Source: an uncultured Bdellovibrionales bacterium
GTDB taxonomy: Bacteria > Bdellovibrionota_C > UBA2361 > SZUA-149 > CALKYB01
Assembly: GCA_964510575.1 (NCBI GenBank)
Contig: CAZECN010000002.1
Coordinates: 82,314 to 146,313, forward strand
DNA length: 64,000 bases
Reading direction: 5' to 3'
Shown here: positions 55,284 to 64,000 of the stretch, piece after piece
Numbering within the stretch: position 1 is the stretch's first letter
How the letters are laid out: every line of letters begins with the position of its first letter
Notes under the pieces: model-generated
The model's database searches: none
What the model was told of the DNA's origin: nothing
The model's input: the letters and a program-made list of their open reading frames with translations, nothing else
Made by a program: the position numbers and the translations under genes

Positions 55284-57079
55284 TTGAATCCGTTGTATGC
55301 TTCTTCGAAAGCTTCAAGTGAAGCTTGGATTATGTCAGGTGATGTCCCAGTGCCCAAGGAATTATTTTCATTCTGACTAAGCTTTAACTGCGCAAAGACT
55401 ACTGCATTGGTTCCACGGTTTCGGATATCAACCTTATAATCAGTTAGGCTAAAATTCATTTTATCCCGACCAGCAGCCCTAAGAGCATTGATCAGGGCAT
55501 CTACTGGTCCAACTCCTTCTCCTTTTCCTTCTAGTTCTTCCCCAGAAATAGAAATCTTAACGGAAGCTTGAGGTTTTTTGTCTTTTTCAGTGAGCACCTG
55601 AAAATCTAGGACTTTTAAAGTTTTTTCCTTATCTGCCTCCGGAGCTTCAAGTACATCTTGAGCAACGTCCTGTAGGTCAGAAAAGCTAACTGTTTTGCCT
55701 TTTGCTAAAAAGCCTTCAACTATTGTTTTAATTCTAGCGATACTTTGCTTATCCCAGACAGTCTCAAAGTATTTAAGTAAGGCTTTTTCTATCTCTTGTT
55801 CAGAAGGAATTTTGTCAAAAACAACTTCGTCTTTTTCAGTAAAGGAAACAGTTTTTCCTTCAAAGAATTTCCCTTCGTAAAGAGAAAGGAAATTCTCAAC
55901 TTCAGGGTAGATAGTAGGAGGCTTGATAGCTATCTTAAGTATAGTGGTTGGATCTTTTAGCCCGCCGCCAGTTAGAACCGCGACCACCTTTTTACCAGCA
56001 TAGCGACCATTTTTCCCTTCTTTAATCAGGGTGGCAACGCTTGAAGCACAACTGGCTTCTACGAACAGACCCTCTTCTTTAGAGAGACGATACTGAGCCT
56101 CAAGCATTTCAGTGTCAGTCAAAGCATCTGCATAGCCGCCTGTGCTGTATATAGCGTCTAGTGCCTTTACTCCATCCAGTGGGTTTCCAATACCAATCGC
56201 ACCAGCAAGAGTGTTCACGCTAGCTAGTGGTTCGATTGTTTTGATGCCTTTATTGAAACTGTTTACTACTGGACAAGCGCCTGAGGCTTGAGTTCCAACT
56301 AGCTCTGGAGCACGGTCAACAAAGCCTAGTTCCCTGTATTCCTTGAAGCCTTTGGCATAAGCCGCCATGTTGGTGCCGCAACCGATTGGTACGATGATCG
56401 CATCCGGTATTTCAAAAAACATTTGGTCGAGCAGCTCAAACGCTGCTGTTTTATGACCTTCAACTCGGTAAGCATAGTCACCAGCAAGATAGAAGCCTAG
56501 TTGTTCGGCAACAGTGCGGGCCATTCTAGCTGCATCACTGTAGGTTCCTTTAACTTGGACTATACGCCCGCCATAAGCGATCGACTGAGAAATTTTTGAA
56601 GCAGGTGTGTCCTCTGGAACGAAAATAAAACACGGTAACTGAGCCGCCGCTGCGTAACAGGAGCAAGAAGCTGCCATGTTTCCCGTAGAGGCAACTGTGA
56701 TAGCTGGCACTCCTAGTTCTTTGGCTACTGTTAGTTCAACTGCAGAACCACGGTCTTTAAAAGAGCCAGTAGGGTTTTGAGATTCAAGTTTGAAGTGAAG
56801 GTCAATGCCAAGAGATGGTCCAATAACTTTGCTTTTGATAAGCGGAGTCGAACCTTCTTTTAAAGATATAAACTGACCGTGGTCTCTAACCGGCATAAGG
56901 GGCAGGTATTTAGAGACGTAGGGGGGAGAGCTTCGGAAGTATTCCTCATTGATTGAGGATTTAACCTGCTCAAGATCCATTACAACTTCCCAAGGATTGT
57001 CTCCGGTGTAGACAAAACCTTCCGCAGTCACTTCTTTTCTAGTGACGAAGTCTATTAGTTTATAAAGATCCTGAGCCAT
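55280..57079 (-). CDS. thrC: threonine synthase fused to a C-terminal LeuA-type (LeuA_dimer) allosteric domain
   Basis: 599 aa. Residues ~1-400 are PLP fold-type II with the ThrC lysine motif SQNPTGSFKDRG and EGSTPLIK. Residues ~470-599 (GVGPVDALINALRAAG...DYKVDIRNRGTNAVVFAQLKL...GTGTSPDIIQASLEAFEEAYN) match the C-terminal regulatory domain of 2-isopropylmalate/citramalate synthases. It overlaps hldD by 4 bp and follows ilvC. Confidence 0.75.
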   Translation of the reverse strand: MAQDLYKLIDFVTRKEVTAEGFVYTGDNPWEVVMDLEQVKSSINEEYFRSSPPYVSKYLPLMPVRDHGQFISLKEGSTPLIKSKVIGPSLGIDLHFKLESQNPTGSFKDRGSAVELTVAKELGVPAITVASTGNMAASCSCYAAAAQLPCFIFVPEDTPASKISQSIAYGGRIVQVKGTYSDAARMARTVAEQLGFYLAGDYAYRVEGHKTAAFELLDQMFFEIPDAIIVPIGCGTNMAAYAKGFKEYRELGFVDRAPELVGTQASGACPVVNSFNKGIKTIEPLASVNTLAGAIGIGNPLDGVKALDAIYSTGGYADALTDTEMLEAQYRLSKEEGLFVEASCASSVATLIKEGKNGRYAGKKVVAVLTGGGLKDPTTILKIAIKPPTIYPEVENFLSLYEGKFFEGKTVSFTEKDEVVFDKIPSEQEIEKALLKYFETVWDKQSIARIKTIVEGFLAKGKTVSFSDLQDVAQDVLEAPEADKEKTLKVLDFQVLTEKDKKPQASVKISISGEELEGKGEGVGPVDALINALRAAGRDKMNFSLTDYKVDIRNRGTNAVVFAQLKLSQNENNSLGTGTSPDIIQASLEAFEEAYNGFK

Positions 57080-57180
57080 GGTTCGAAGCGTAAAAGACCA
57101 GGGTGTTTAACCAAAAACACCCTGGTCTTGTTTAAAGCCTATCTCGATACGTTTAAAGAAACGACGAAAAGGGCCCGGTG

Positions 57181-58242
57181 CTAGGTTGCCGGTCGAAGCT
57201 TTCTAACCTGAGCCCCAGCTTTCCAAAGCTCAGACTCCCTGATTTCTTTAAGCTCTTCTTCGAGCTTAACTCGGTAGTCTGGCTTACTGTTAGCGTCAAT
57301 TGTTACTTGAGCTTCTCGCCCATCAGCTACTTGGTCATAGAGGTCTACGAACACTGGAGCTACAGCGTCTCTGAACTTGTGTCTCCAGTCCAAAGCACCG
57401 CGCTGAGCAGTAGTTGAACAGTTGGCATACATCCAGTCCATTCCGTTCTCGCCAACGAGTGGAACAAGACTTTGAGTTAGCTCTTCAACAGTTTCATTGA
57501 AAGCTTCACTTGGACTATGGCCTCTTTTTCGTAGTTCAGAATACTGAGCTTCAATCATTCCAGCCAAGGCTCCCATTAGAACGCCTCTTTCACCAACTAG
57601 GTCACTGAAAACTTCTTTCTCAAAAGTAGTTTCAAATAGGTAACCAGAACCAACTCCGATACCATAAGCAATAGCTTTCTCTTTGGCATTTCCAGTGGCG
57701 TCTTGGAATATAGCGTAGCTAGAGTTAATTCCTTTACCCTGTTCAAACAGTCTTCGAACACTAGTTCCTGAACCTTTTGGTGCAACTAGAACAACGTCAA
57801 CGTCCGTAGGTGGCACAATGCTTGTCTTCTCTTTGTATGTGCAGCCAAAGCCGTGAGAGAAATACAAAGTTTTCCCTGCAGAAAGTCTTTCTTTAATTGT
57901 AGGCCAGGCAGCAATCTGTCCAGCGTCTGATAAAAGATTACAAAGGAAGGTTCCTTTTTCACAGGCTTCTTCAATCGTGAACAAATCTTTACCTTCAGTA
58001 AATCCATCCTTAACAGCTTTGTCCCAGGACTCAGAAGGTTTTCTTTGCCCAACAATTACGTTGAAACCGTTATCTCTTAGGTTAAGAGCTTGAGCAGGTC
58101 CTTGAACTCCGTAACCAAGGATTGCGATTACTTCGTCCTTTAAGATATCCCTAGCTTTGTCCAGAGAGAACTCGTCACGAGTAACTACTGTTTCTTCAAT
58201 TTCACCGAACTTTAGCTTTGCCATTTTGTCTTCATTCTCCAT
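57181..58242 (-). CDS. ilvC: ketol-acid reductoisomerase
   Basis: 353 aa. Rossmann GYGVQGPAQALNLRDNGFNV and the class I KARI C-terminal domain. Confidence 0.9.
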   Translation of the reverse strand: MENEDKMAKLKFGEIEETVVTRDEFSLDKARDILKDEVIAILGYGVQGPAQALNLRDNGFNVIVGQRKPSESWDKAVKDGFTEGKDLFTIEEACEKGTFLCNLLSDAGQIAAWPTIKERLSAGKTLYFSHGFGCTYKEKTSIVPPTDVDVVLVAPKGSGTSVRRLFEQGKGINSSYAIFQDATGNAKEKAIAYGIGVGSGYLFETTFEKEVFSDLVGERGVLMGALAGMIEAQYSELRKRGHSPSEAFNETVEELTQSLVPLVGENGMDWMYANCSTTAQRGALDWRHKFRDAVAPVFVDLYDQVADGREAQVTIDANSKPDYRVKLEEELKEIRESELWKAGAQVRKLRPAT

Positions 58243-58256
58243 GATGTTTAATAAAA

Positions 58257-58772
58257 CTAGTTGTCTAGATAACGCTCTCCAGCAACACGTTTTCCTTTTA
58301 AAAGGGCAACACGCCCTGAGCGAATAAACTCTTCAACCCCATAAGGTTCTAGTAAAAGGTTCAGAGCAGAAATTTCCTGGTCGGTGCCAGTCACTTCCAC
58401 AATTAACCGTTCATTGTCCCCATACGAAATCGAAGCATTATACCTGTTTGTAAGATCTTCAATTTCAGACCTCTTCTCAGAAGAGTCTGTTGCAACCTTA
58501 ATTAAAGCCACTTCTCTAAAAACCAGGTGACTATTTCTGCAGACATAGGCGTCTACCACTTCAATCACCCTGCGCATTTGTTTGACCACAATGTCAGCAA
58601 GATCTTTTTCGGTCTCGACAACGATAGTGAATCTAGAAATTCCTTTCTTTTCTGTTTCAGATACTGAAAGGCTTTCAATGTTAATTTTTCGTCTAGTGAA
58701 CAGTCCGGTAATTCGGTGTAAAACACCTGGGCTGTTCTCAGTAATTGCTGTGAATGTAAAAAACTGTGCCAT
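58257..58772 (-). CDS. ilvN: acetolactate synthase small (regulatory) subunit
   Basis: 171 aa. ACT domain N-terminus LSVLVENEPGVL-like (ITENSPGVLHRITGLFTRRKINIESLSV). Confidence 0.85.
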   Translation of the reverse strand: MAQFFTFTAITENSPGVLHRITGLFTRRKINIESLSVSETEKKGISRFTIVVETEKDLADIVVKQMRRVIEVVDAYVCRNSHLVFREVALIKVATDSSEKRSEIEDLTNRYNASISYGDNERLIVEVTGTDQEISALNLLLEPYGVEEFIRSGRVALLKGKRVAGERYLDN

Positions 58773-58787
58773 CTCTCAACCCCTCCG

Positions 58788-60491
58788 CTACTCAAGCCTG
58801 ATATTAGATACAGACTCACCAGAAGGAACCATTGGAAAAACGTTTTCCTCCTTCTCTACCACTACTTCAAGCAAGTAAGGCCCTTCCGTTGAAAGCATTT
58901 TATCTACTGCTGCTTCAAGCTCAGACTCTTCGGAGACCCTAGCTGCGGGAATCGCAAACCCTTCCGATATTTTAACAAAGTCAGGGTTGTCCATGTTCAC
59001 GAAAGAATATCTCTTATCAAAGAACATTTCCTGCCACTGGCGAACCATTCCCAAATAGTTGTTGTTTAGGATGATGGTTTTTACAGCGATATTTTCTTGC
59101 CTGATAGTTGCCAGTTCTTGAAGAGTCATTTGGAAACTGCCGTCGCCAATTATTGCAAGAACCTCTCTCTCAGGTGCTCCAACCTTAGCTCCAAACGCAG
59201 CAGGTAGAGAGAATCCCATCGTGCCCAGGCCACCAGAGGAAATAAAACTATTTGGTTCTTTAAAGCGATAGTAGCGAGCACTCATCATTTGGTGCTGCCC
59301 TACATCTGGAACCACGATAGCTTTACCGTCTGTCTTCTTTGAGAGCAGGTCAATGGTTTGCCCCATTGAAATCTTACCAGCCGTTTTGGGCTTTAAGTCG
59401 CCATCAATTACTTTAGCTTGCTCTTCCTTTGCGCAGTCCCTGAACGAACCGAACCACTCTTGATGGTTGGCTTTTTCAACTAAAGGCAAAAGCTTTTCGA
59501 GTGCAGATTTAGCTTCGCAGATTAAAGATACATCAACCGTAACGTTTTTGTTTATTTCCGCTGGGTCGATATCAACGTGGATGATCTTTGCTTGCTTGGC
59601 GTAAACTTCAAGATTACCAGTGACGCGGTCATCAAACCTCATACCAACTGCGAGAATCAGGTCTGCCTGGTTGGTTAGAAGATTAGGTCCATAGTTTCCA
59701 TGCATTCCGAGCATGCCAGCATAGTTTTCGTGGTCGGTTGGAAAGCAAGAAAGACCAAGTAAAGTGCTTGCTACTGGAATGTCGGTTTTCTCTACAAACT
59801 TTGCCAAAGCCTTTTCGGCCTGAGAGATTAAAACTCCGTGGCCAACGAACATTAATGGTTTTTTAGCTTCGTTAATTAACTCGGCTGCTTTTTCAAGATC
59901 TGCAGTTTCAGGCTCTCTCTGAATATCAACACTGGCTAGTTCAGTCTTCTTTTCGTAGCAAAAATCTAACTCATCAAACTGAGCGTTTTTGGTAATATCT
60001 ACCAGCACAGGGCCAGGCCTACCGTTAGCAGCAATGTAGAAAGCTTTAGCCAGTATTTCAGGAATCTCTTCAGCTTCAGTGACCTGATAGTTCCATTTAG
60101 TAATTGGCATAGTGATTCCAATTACATCAGTTTCCTGAAAAGCATCGGTTCCAAGCACGGCCTTAGGAACTTGACCAGTAATGCAAACGATTGGAACAGA
60201 GTCGAGCATAGCGTCTGCGATTCCGGTCACTAGGTTTGTCGCACCTGGACCTGAGGTTGCAATTGCAACGCCAACTTTGCCGCACGCTCGAGCATAGCCT
60301 TCAGCAGCATGTGCAGCACCTTGCTCGTGCCGGACAAGTATATGCCGAATTTCTTTTTGATAATCGTATAGTGCATCGTAGAGAGGCATGATTGCCCCAC
60401 CAGGGTAACCAAAAACGGTTTCAACCCCTTCAGCGATCAGAGCTTCGCAAATTGCCCGCGAGCCTGTTATTTTTTTTGTTTTAGTTGCCAT
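58788..60491 (-). CDS. ilvB: acetolactate synthase large subunit (biosynthetic, ThDP-dependent)
   Basis: 567 aa. ThDP motif GDGSFQM...NN, N-terminal FGYPGGAIMPLYDAL. It is followed by ilvN and ilvC. Confidence 0.9.
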   Translation of the reverse strand: MATKTKKITGSRAICEALIAEGVETVFGYPGGAIMPLYDALYDYQKEIRHILVRHEQGAAHAAEGYARACGKVGVAIATSGPGATNLVTGIADAMLDSVPIVCITGQVPKAVLGTDAFQETDVIGITMPITKWNYQVTEAEEIPEILAKAFYIAANGRPGPVLVDITKNAQFDELDFCYEKKTELASVDIQREPETADLEKAAELINEAKKPLMFVGHGVLISQAEKALAKFVEKTDIPVASTLLGLSCFPTDHENYAGMLGMHGNYGPNLLTNQADLILAVGMRFDDRVTGNLEVYAKQAKIIHVDIDPAEINKNVTVDVSLICEAKSALEKLLPLVEKANHQEWFGSFRDCAKEEQAKVIDGDLKPKTAGKISMGQTIDLLSKKTDGKAIVVPDVGQHQMMSARYYRFKEPNSFISSGGLGTMGFSLPAAFGAKVGAPEREVLAIIGDGSFQMTLQELATIRQENIAVKTIILNNNYLGMVRQWQEMFFDKRYSFVNMDNPDFVKISEGFAIPAARVSEESELEAAVDKMLSTEGPYLLEVVVEKEENVFPMVPSGESVSNIRLE

Positions 60492-61261
60492 AGTCTTTTT
60501 TGTTTTTGGCTCTTTGAGAGCCGCCTCTGTAGTTTAATAGTTTTTTCTAATCTGGTTTTTCTAGTGGTTTTAAATAACCGCGGTGGTCGCTATGCCCGGA
60601 ACAGTCTCCGGGTTGGTAACCAGAGTAATAACTACAGAGATGACAACTTTGAGCAGGGCTGAAATGCAGAGGAAATTAGAGGTAACAGGGAGCTTGAAGG
60701 CGTCACGTCCTAATCTAACCTTACGGTCAGTCAGTGGGTGGGAAGATTTCAAAGCTTTTAGCTGCATTTTTCTAATATTTACAGTCACATATCAACTTTC
60801 CAGACAGGTCTCGCCTGCTCGGAGAGGGATTATACATATAATAGGAGAAAAAATAAAAGGTTAGGTAAGAACAGAATTAGCCTTGCTTGGGCCTAGTTTC
60901 TCCTAGATGATTTTGGCTATTGTTCATCAACAACTACCTCATTTCGTAGGGCTGGACCCCATTGATTTCTAAATCTAGAGGCATATAATTCCAAGCCTAG
61001 TTTTTTAGTGTTTAAACTGGCCGCTCTTTTTCTAAGTCCTTTAGTGTAGAAATTTCCCGACTTTCTGAGTTTCTTTTCACTTTTCGGTTTCCTTTGGAGA
61101 TCTGAATTTTAGGTGTGAGGAAATTCAGGAAGTAATTCGGGAGAAGTAAAAGGTTAGTGGTTGACGCTCTGGGTCCATAGAGGTCGAGAGCGTTAACCCA
61201 AGATGTTTTTTTAATCTTTTTCCTGGCTTCGTTCTGAAGCCCTAACCAAAGAGAAGTTATT

Positions 61262-63454
61262 ATGACTCAATCTGCAATTATTTACACTCACACCGACGAG
61301 GCTCCAGCTTTAGCTACCTTTTCTTTACTGCCCGTGATTCGAAGTATTCTTCGCCCCGGCAGTATCGATGTAACACTGGTGGACATCTCTTTAGCCAGCC
61401 GAATACTTGCTGCGTTTTCTGATGATGAGGTCGATGGCCTTGCGCAGCTTGGAGAACTAGTAAAGACGCCAGCAGCCAACATTATGAAGTTACCTAATAT
61501 CAGTGCTTCAGTGCCTCAGCTTCAGGCGGCGATTACCGAGCTTCGTGCACAAGGCTATGATTTACCTGATTATCCGAATGAAGATTCTGCAATCACTGCG
61601 AAGTATGATGCTATAAAAGGCAGCGCAGTTAATCCCGTTCTTAGAGAAGGTAACTCTGACCGAAGAGCACCTGGAGCCGTTAAACGTTACGCTCAAAAAA
61701 ACCCTCACTCTATGGGAAAGTGGGCTGAAGATTCTCAAACTTCAGTGCAATCAATGACTGATGGAGATTTTCGTTCCAATGAAAAGTCTGTTCAGTTTTC
61801 AGAGGCGGAAAGTGTAACGGTCGTTTTTTATTCTGACTCAGGTAAAATTGACACTTTGAAAACTGTGCCAGTTGAAGCCGGGGATGTGATCGACGCCACA
61901 TTTATGAGTGCTGAGAAGTTGCGTATCTTTCTAGAAGGGCAGCGGAAGCATGCCTTAACTGAAGGCGTTCTTTTGTCTCTTCACTTAAAAGCGACGATGA
62001 TGAAAGTAGCTGACCCGATTATCTTTGGGCATGCTGTGAAGGTGTTTTTCAAGGATGTGTTTGAGAAGCATGCTGATGCTATGGCAGAAGCAGATGTCAA
62101 TCCTAACGATGGATTGGGAAGTGTAATTGCCAAAATTGAAGGCCTTTCGAAAGACAAGTCTGAACCGGTGTTGGCTGCAATTGGAGCCGCTATTGATGTC
62201 GGTCCTGAGTTGGCAATGGTGAATTCTGACCAGGGAATAACTAACTTACATGTTCCCAGTGATGTCATCGTTGATGCAAGTATTCCAGCGATGATTCGTG
62301 CTGGTGGCTTGATGTGGAATCGAAAAGGTTCTCTTCAAGAGACCAGAGCCCTGATTCCAGACAGCAGCTATTCCGGAGTTTTTAAAGCCTGTATCGAAGA
62401 CTGTAAAAAGCACGGTGCTTTGAATCCAGCTACCATTGGCACCTGTCCTAATGTTGGTCTGATGGCTAAGAAGGCTCAGGAGTATGGTTCGCATGACAAA
62501 ACTTTTGAAATACCTGAAGCTGGTAAGGTTAAGGTGATCGGGAGTAACGGCAAAGTTTTATTGGAACATCGAGTAGCTCAAGGTGACATCTGGCGCATGT
62601 GTCAGACGAAACTGGTTGCAATTGAAAACTGGGTTAAGCTAGCTGTAGATCGCGCCCGAGCTTCGTCGACGCCGGTGGTGTTTTGGTTAGATAGCGATCG
62701 TTCGCATGACGCTATACTTATTGGCCTGGTTGAAGGTTTCCTTGAAAATCATCCTAAGGATAATCTCGATATCAGAATCATGGACCCTGTTGAAGCCACA
62801 AAGCATACTCTTAAGAGAATGCGAAAAGGTAAGGACACTATCTCCGCAACTGGTAATGTTTTACGTGATTACCTAACGGATTTATTCCCGATTCTCGAGC
62901 TCGGTACCAGTGCCAAGATGCTTTCAATCGTACCGTTACTGGAAGGTGGTGGTTTGTTTGAAACAGGAGCAGGTGGCTCTGCGCCGAAGCACGTCCAGCA
63001 ATTGTGTGAGGAGAATCATTTGCGTTGGGACTCTCTGGGTGAGTTTTTGGCACTTGGAGCGTCACTCGAGCACATAGCCAACACTACGGATGATATAGGT
63101 GCTCGGGTTTATGCAGAGACACTGGATAGAGCCGTCGGGACTTTACTAGAGGAGGACAAAAGTCCAAAACGAGGAGTCCGCGAGCTTGACAACCGAGGGA
63201 GTCATTTTTATCTGACTCTTTATTGGACTCAGGAGTTGGCTGCGCAAGATGATGATACTGTGCTTCAAGCTAAGTTTACTCCAATTGCCAAGGCTCTTGC
63301 TGAGAACGAAGATGAGATCATTCGAGAGCTTACTGCTGTTCAAGGAATGGGAGTCGATATCGGAGGCTACTACAGACCTGATGCAGACTTGGTTAAAAGA
63401 ATCATGAGACCAAGTGAAACGTTTAACGGCATCATTGACTCAATGGCTGCCTAA
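61262..63454 (+). CDS. icd: isocitrate dehydrogenase (NADP), monomeric type
   Basis: 730 aa, collinear with Azotobacter/Corynebacterium monomeric IDH ([98 protein letters not shown]). Confidence 0.9.
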   Translation: MTQSAIIYTHTDEAPALATFSLLPVIRSILRPGSIDVTLVDISLASRILAAFSDDEVDGLAQLGELVKTPAANIMKLPNISASVPQLQAAITELRAQGYDLPDYPNEDSAITAKYDAIKGSAVNPVLREGNSDRRAPGAVKRYAQKNPHSMGKWAEDSQTSVQSMTDGDFRSNEKSVQFSEAESVTVVFYSDSGKIDTLKTVPVEAGDVIDATFMSAEKLRIFLEGQRKHALTEGVLLSLHLKATMMKVADPIIFGHAVKVFFKDVFEKHADAMAEADVNPNDGLGSVIAKIEGLSKDKSEPVLAAIGAAIDVGPELAMVNSDQGITNLHVPSDVIVDASIPAMIRAGGLMWNRKGSLQETRALIPDSSYSGVFKACIEDCKKHGALNPATIGTCPNVGLMAKKAQEYGSHDKTFEIPEAGKVKVIGSNGKVLLEHRVAQGDIWRMCQTKLVAIENWVKLAVDRARASSTPVVFWLDSDRSHDAILIGLVEGFLENHPKDNLDIRIMDPVEATKHTLKRMRKGKDTISATGNVLRDYLTDLFPILELGTSAKMLSIVPLLEGGGLFETGAGGSAPKHVQQLCEENHLRWDSLGEFLALGASLEHIANTTDDIGARVYAETLDRAVGTLLEEDKSPKRGVRELDNRGSHFYLTLYWTQELAAQDDDTVLQAKFTPIAKALAENEDEIIRELTAVQGMGVDIGGYYRPDADLVKRIMRPSETFNGIIDSMAA

Positions 63455-63494
63455 ATCGAAACCGGCATTTGGACATTTGAAACTGCAACCCAAA

Positions 63495-63525
63495 AGGCTG
63501 GTAGTGTATTTTGCATTACCAGCCT
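63495..63525 (+). terminator. hairpin downstream of icd (9-bp stem, 13-nt loop)
   Basis: aggctggta ... taccagcct are inverted complements 40 bp after the icd stop. There is no strong T-tract. aaggag + ATG of a 40-codon ORF follows. Confidence 0.3.
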
Positions 63526-63813
63526 AAGGAGAATGTTTAATATGACAGGAAGAGTTCTTGATAGTAACCAGGGTTCTAGAAATTACCGATTTGGTAGCTT
63601 TATGGTTATTGCTTCTCCTGAACTTCCTCAATTTTTTTCAAAAATATTTTTCAAAATTTAAATAGAGAGTAAGTAAAAAATCGAACCTTTAAAAGTATAT
63701 TACAATAATATAAACCTCCGATTAGTTACGCTCATTAAGAAGAAATTCTCGAGGATTCGGGGGAGAATCCTCGAGATAATTTACCTTCCTATATAGACTT
63801 TAGCAGGCTTATT

Positions 63814-64000
63814 CTATGCTGCCTTGCCGTCGTCCAGAGCCTTATTCAACCAACCACCTGACCAGAAGTTATCTATGGCACGTTGATTCATGTCGTTGAC
63901 CAGATTGACCCGAACAGGTTCTTTGCCATCTCTATGAACCATCAGATAGACTTCACTTCCAACAGCTAGATTTTCGATGCCGACAATATTAACTTTGTCG
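63814..64000 (-). CDS. 3' end of an unidentified gene (partial, runs off the window)
   Basis: An open frame on the minus strand ends ...FWSGGWLNKALDDGKAA* with stop TAG at 63814-63816. The family is not recognised from this fragment. Confidence 0.3.
   Translation of the reverse strand, partial: DKVNIVGIENLAVGSEVYLMVHRDGKEPVRVNLVNDMNQRAIDNFWSGGWLNKALDDGKAA

Noticed and set aside
60570-60864. Two overlapping ORFs (72 aa on minus, 93 aa on plus) in the ilvB-icd intergenic region as protein-coding genes
   Set aside because: No motifs, overlapping frames, and they sit in a divergent promoter region. Only the C-terminal part of the minus-strand frame is considered, as a possible leader peptide (see findings).
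1-64000. CRISPR arrays, tRNA/rRNA genes, integrases, transposases, prophage structural genes
   Set aside because: Scanning intergenic regions (for example 13420-13625, 24308-24629, 28540-28949, 36009-36529, 60492-61261, 63455-63813) found no tandem direct repeats with regular spacers and no cloverleaf-like tRNA candidates. No ORF carries integrase (R..H..R..Y) or DDE transposase signatures. A proper check would use tRNAscan-SE and CRISPRCasFinder.

Overview
This 64 kb window appears to be chromosomal DNA from a Gram-negative bacterium, with moderate GC judged by eye. LPS heptose epimerase HldD, DsbD, a C-terminal-Phe beta-barrel OMP, Tat signals, GlnS and monomeric Icd fit that picture. A DUF1501/DUF1800 pair and a PEP-CTERM-type deacetylase/FemAB pair point toward a Planctomycetes-Verrucomicrobia-like or marine proteobacterial lineage, but the taxon cannot be fixed from sequence alone. 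Most of the window is core metabolism: trmH, an HMG-CoA lyase + acetoacetyl-CoA synthetase pair, glpD, metF, pgi, dsbD, SOD, crcB, thiolase, thrS, fabD, dapB, nadE, glnS, hldD, an ilvB-ilvN-ilvC operon, and monomeric icd. I found no rRNA, tRNA, CRISPR array, integrase or transposase. The parts worth a second look are: (1) a threonine-synthase protein fused to a C-terminal LeuA-type allosteric domain, sitting as the last gene of the ilvBNC operon. (2) A 1034-aa secreted DUF1800 protein carrying four tandem ~120-aa repeat modules and a ~70-residue poly-serine linker, paired with a Tat-exported DUF1501 sulfatase-like partner. (3) A polysaccharide or cell-surface glycan locus (40.6-48.1 kb) containing a GT4, a flippase-like (UPF0104)::GT2 fusion, a PEP-CTERM-locus-type polysaccharide deacetylase overlapping a FemAB-family gene, a DegT-like aminotransferase and a PgaC-like membrane GT2. 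(4) A Tat-signal Rieske-fold protein whose canonical His ligands are replaced. (5) A possible Val/Ile/Thr-rich leader ORF with alternative RNA pairings upstream of ilvB. (6) An orphan FliA-type sigma factor with no flagellar genes nearby. Protein-family assignments come from motifs read by eye in the supplied translations. No database search or computation was run.
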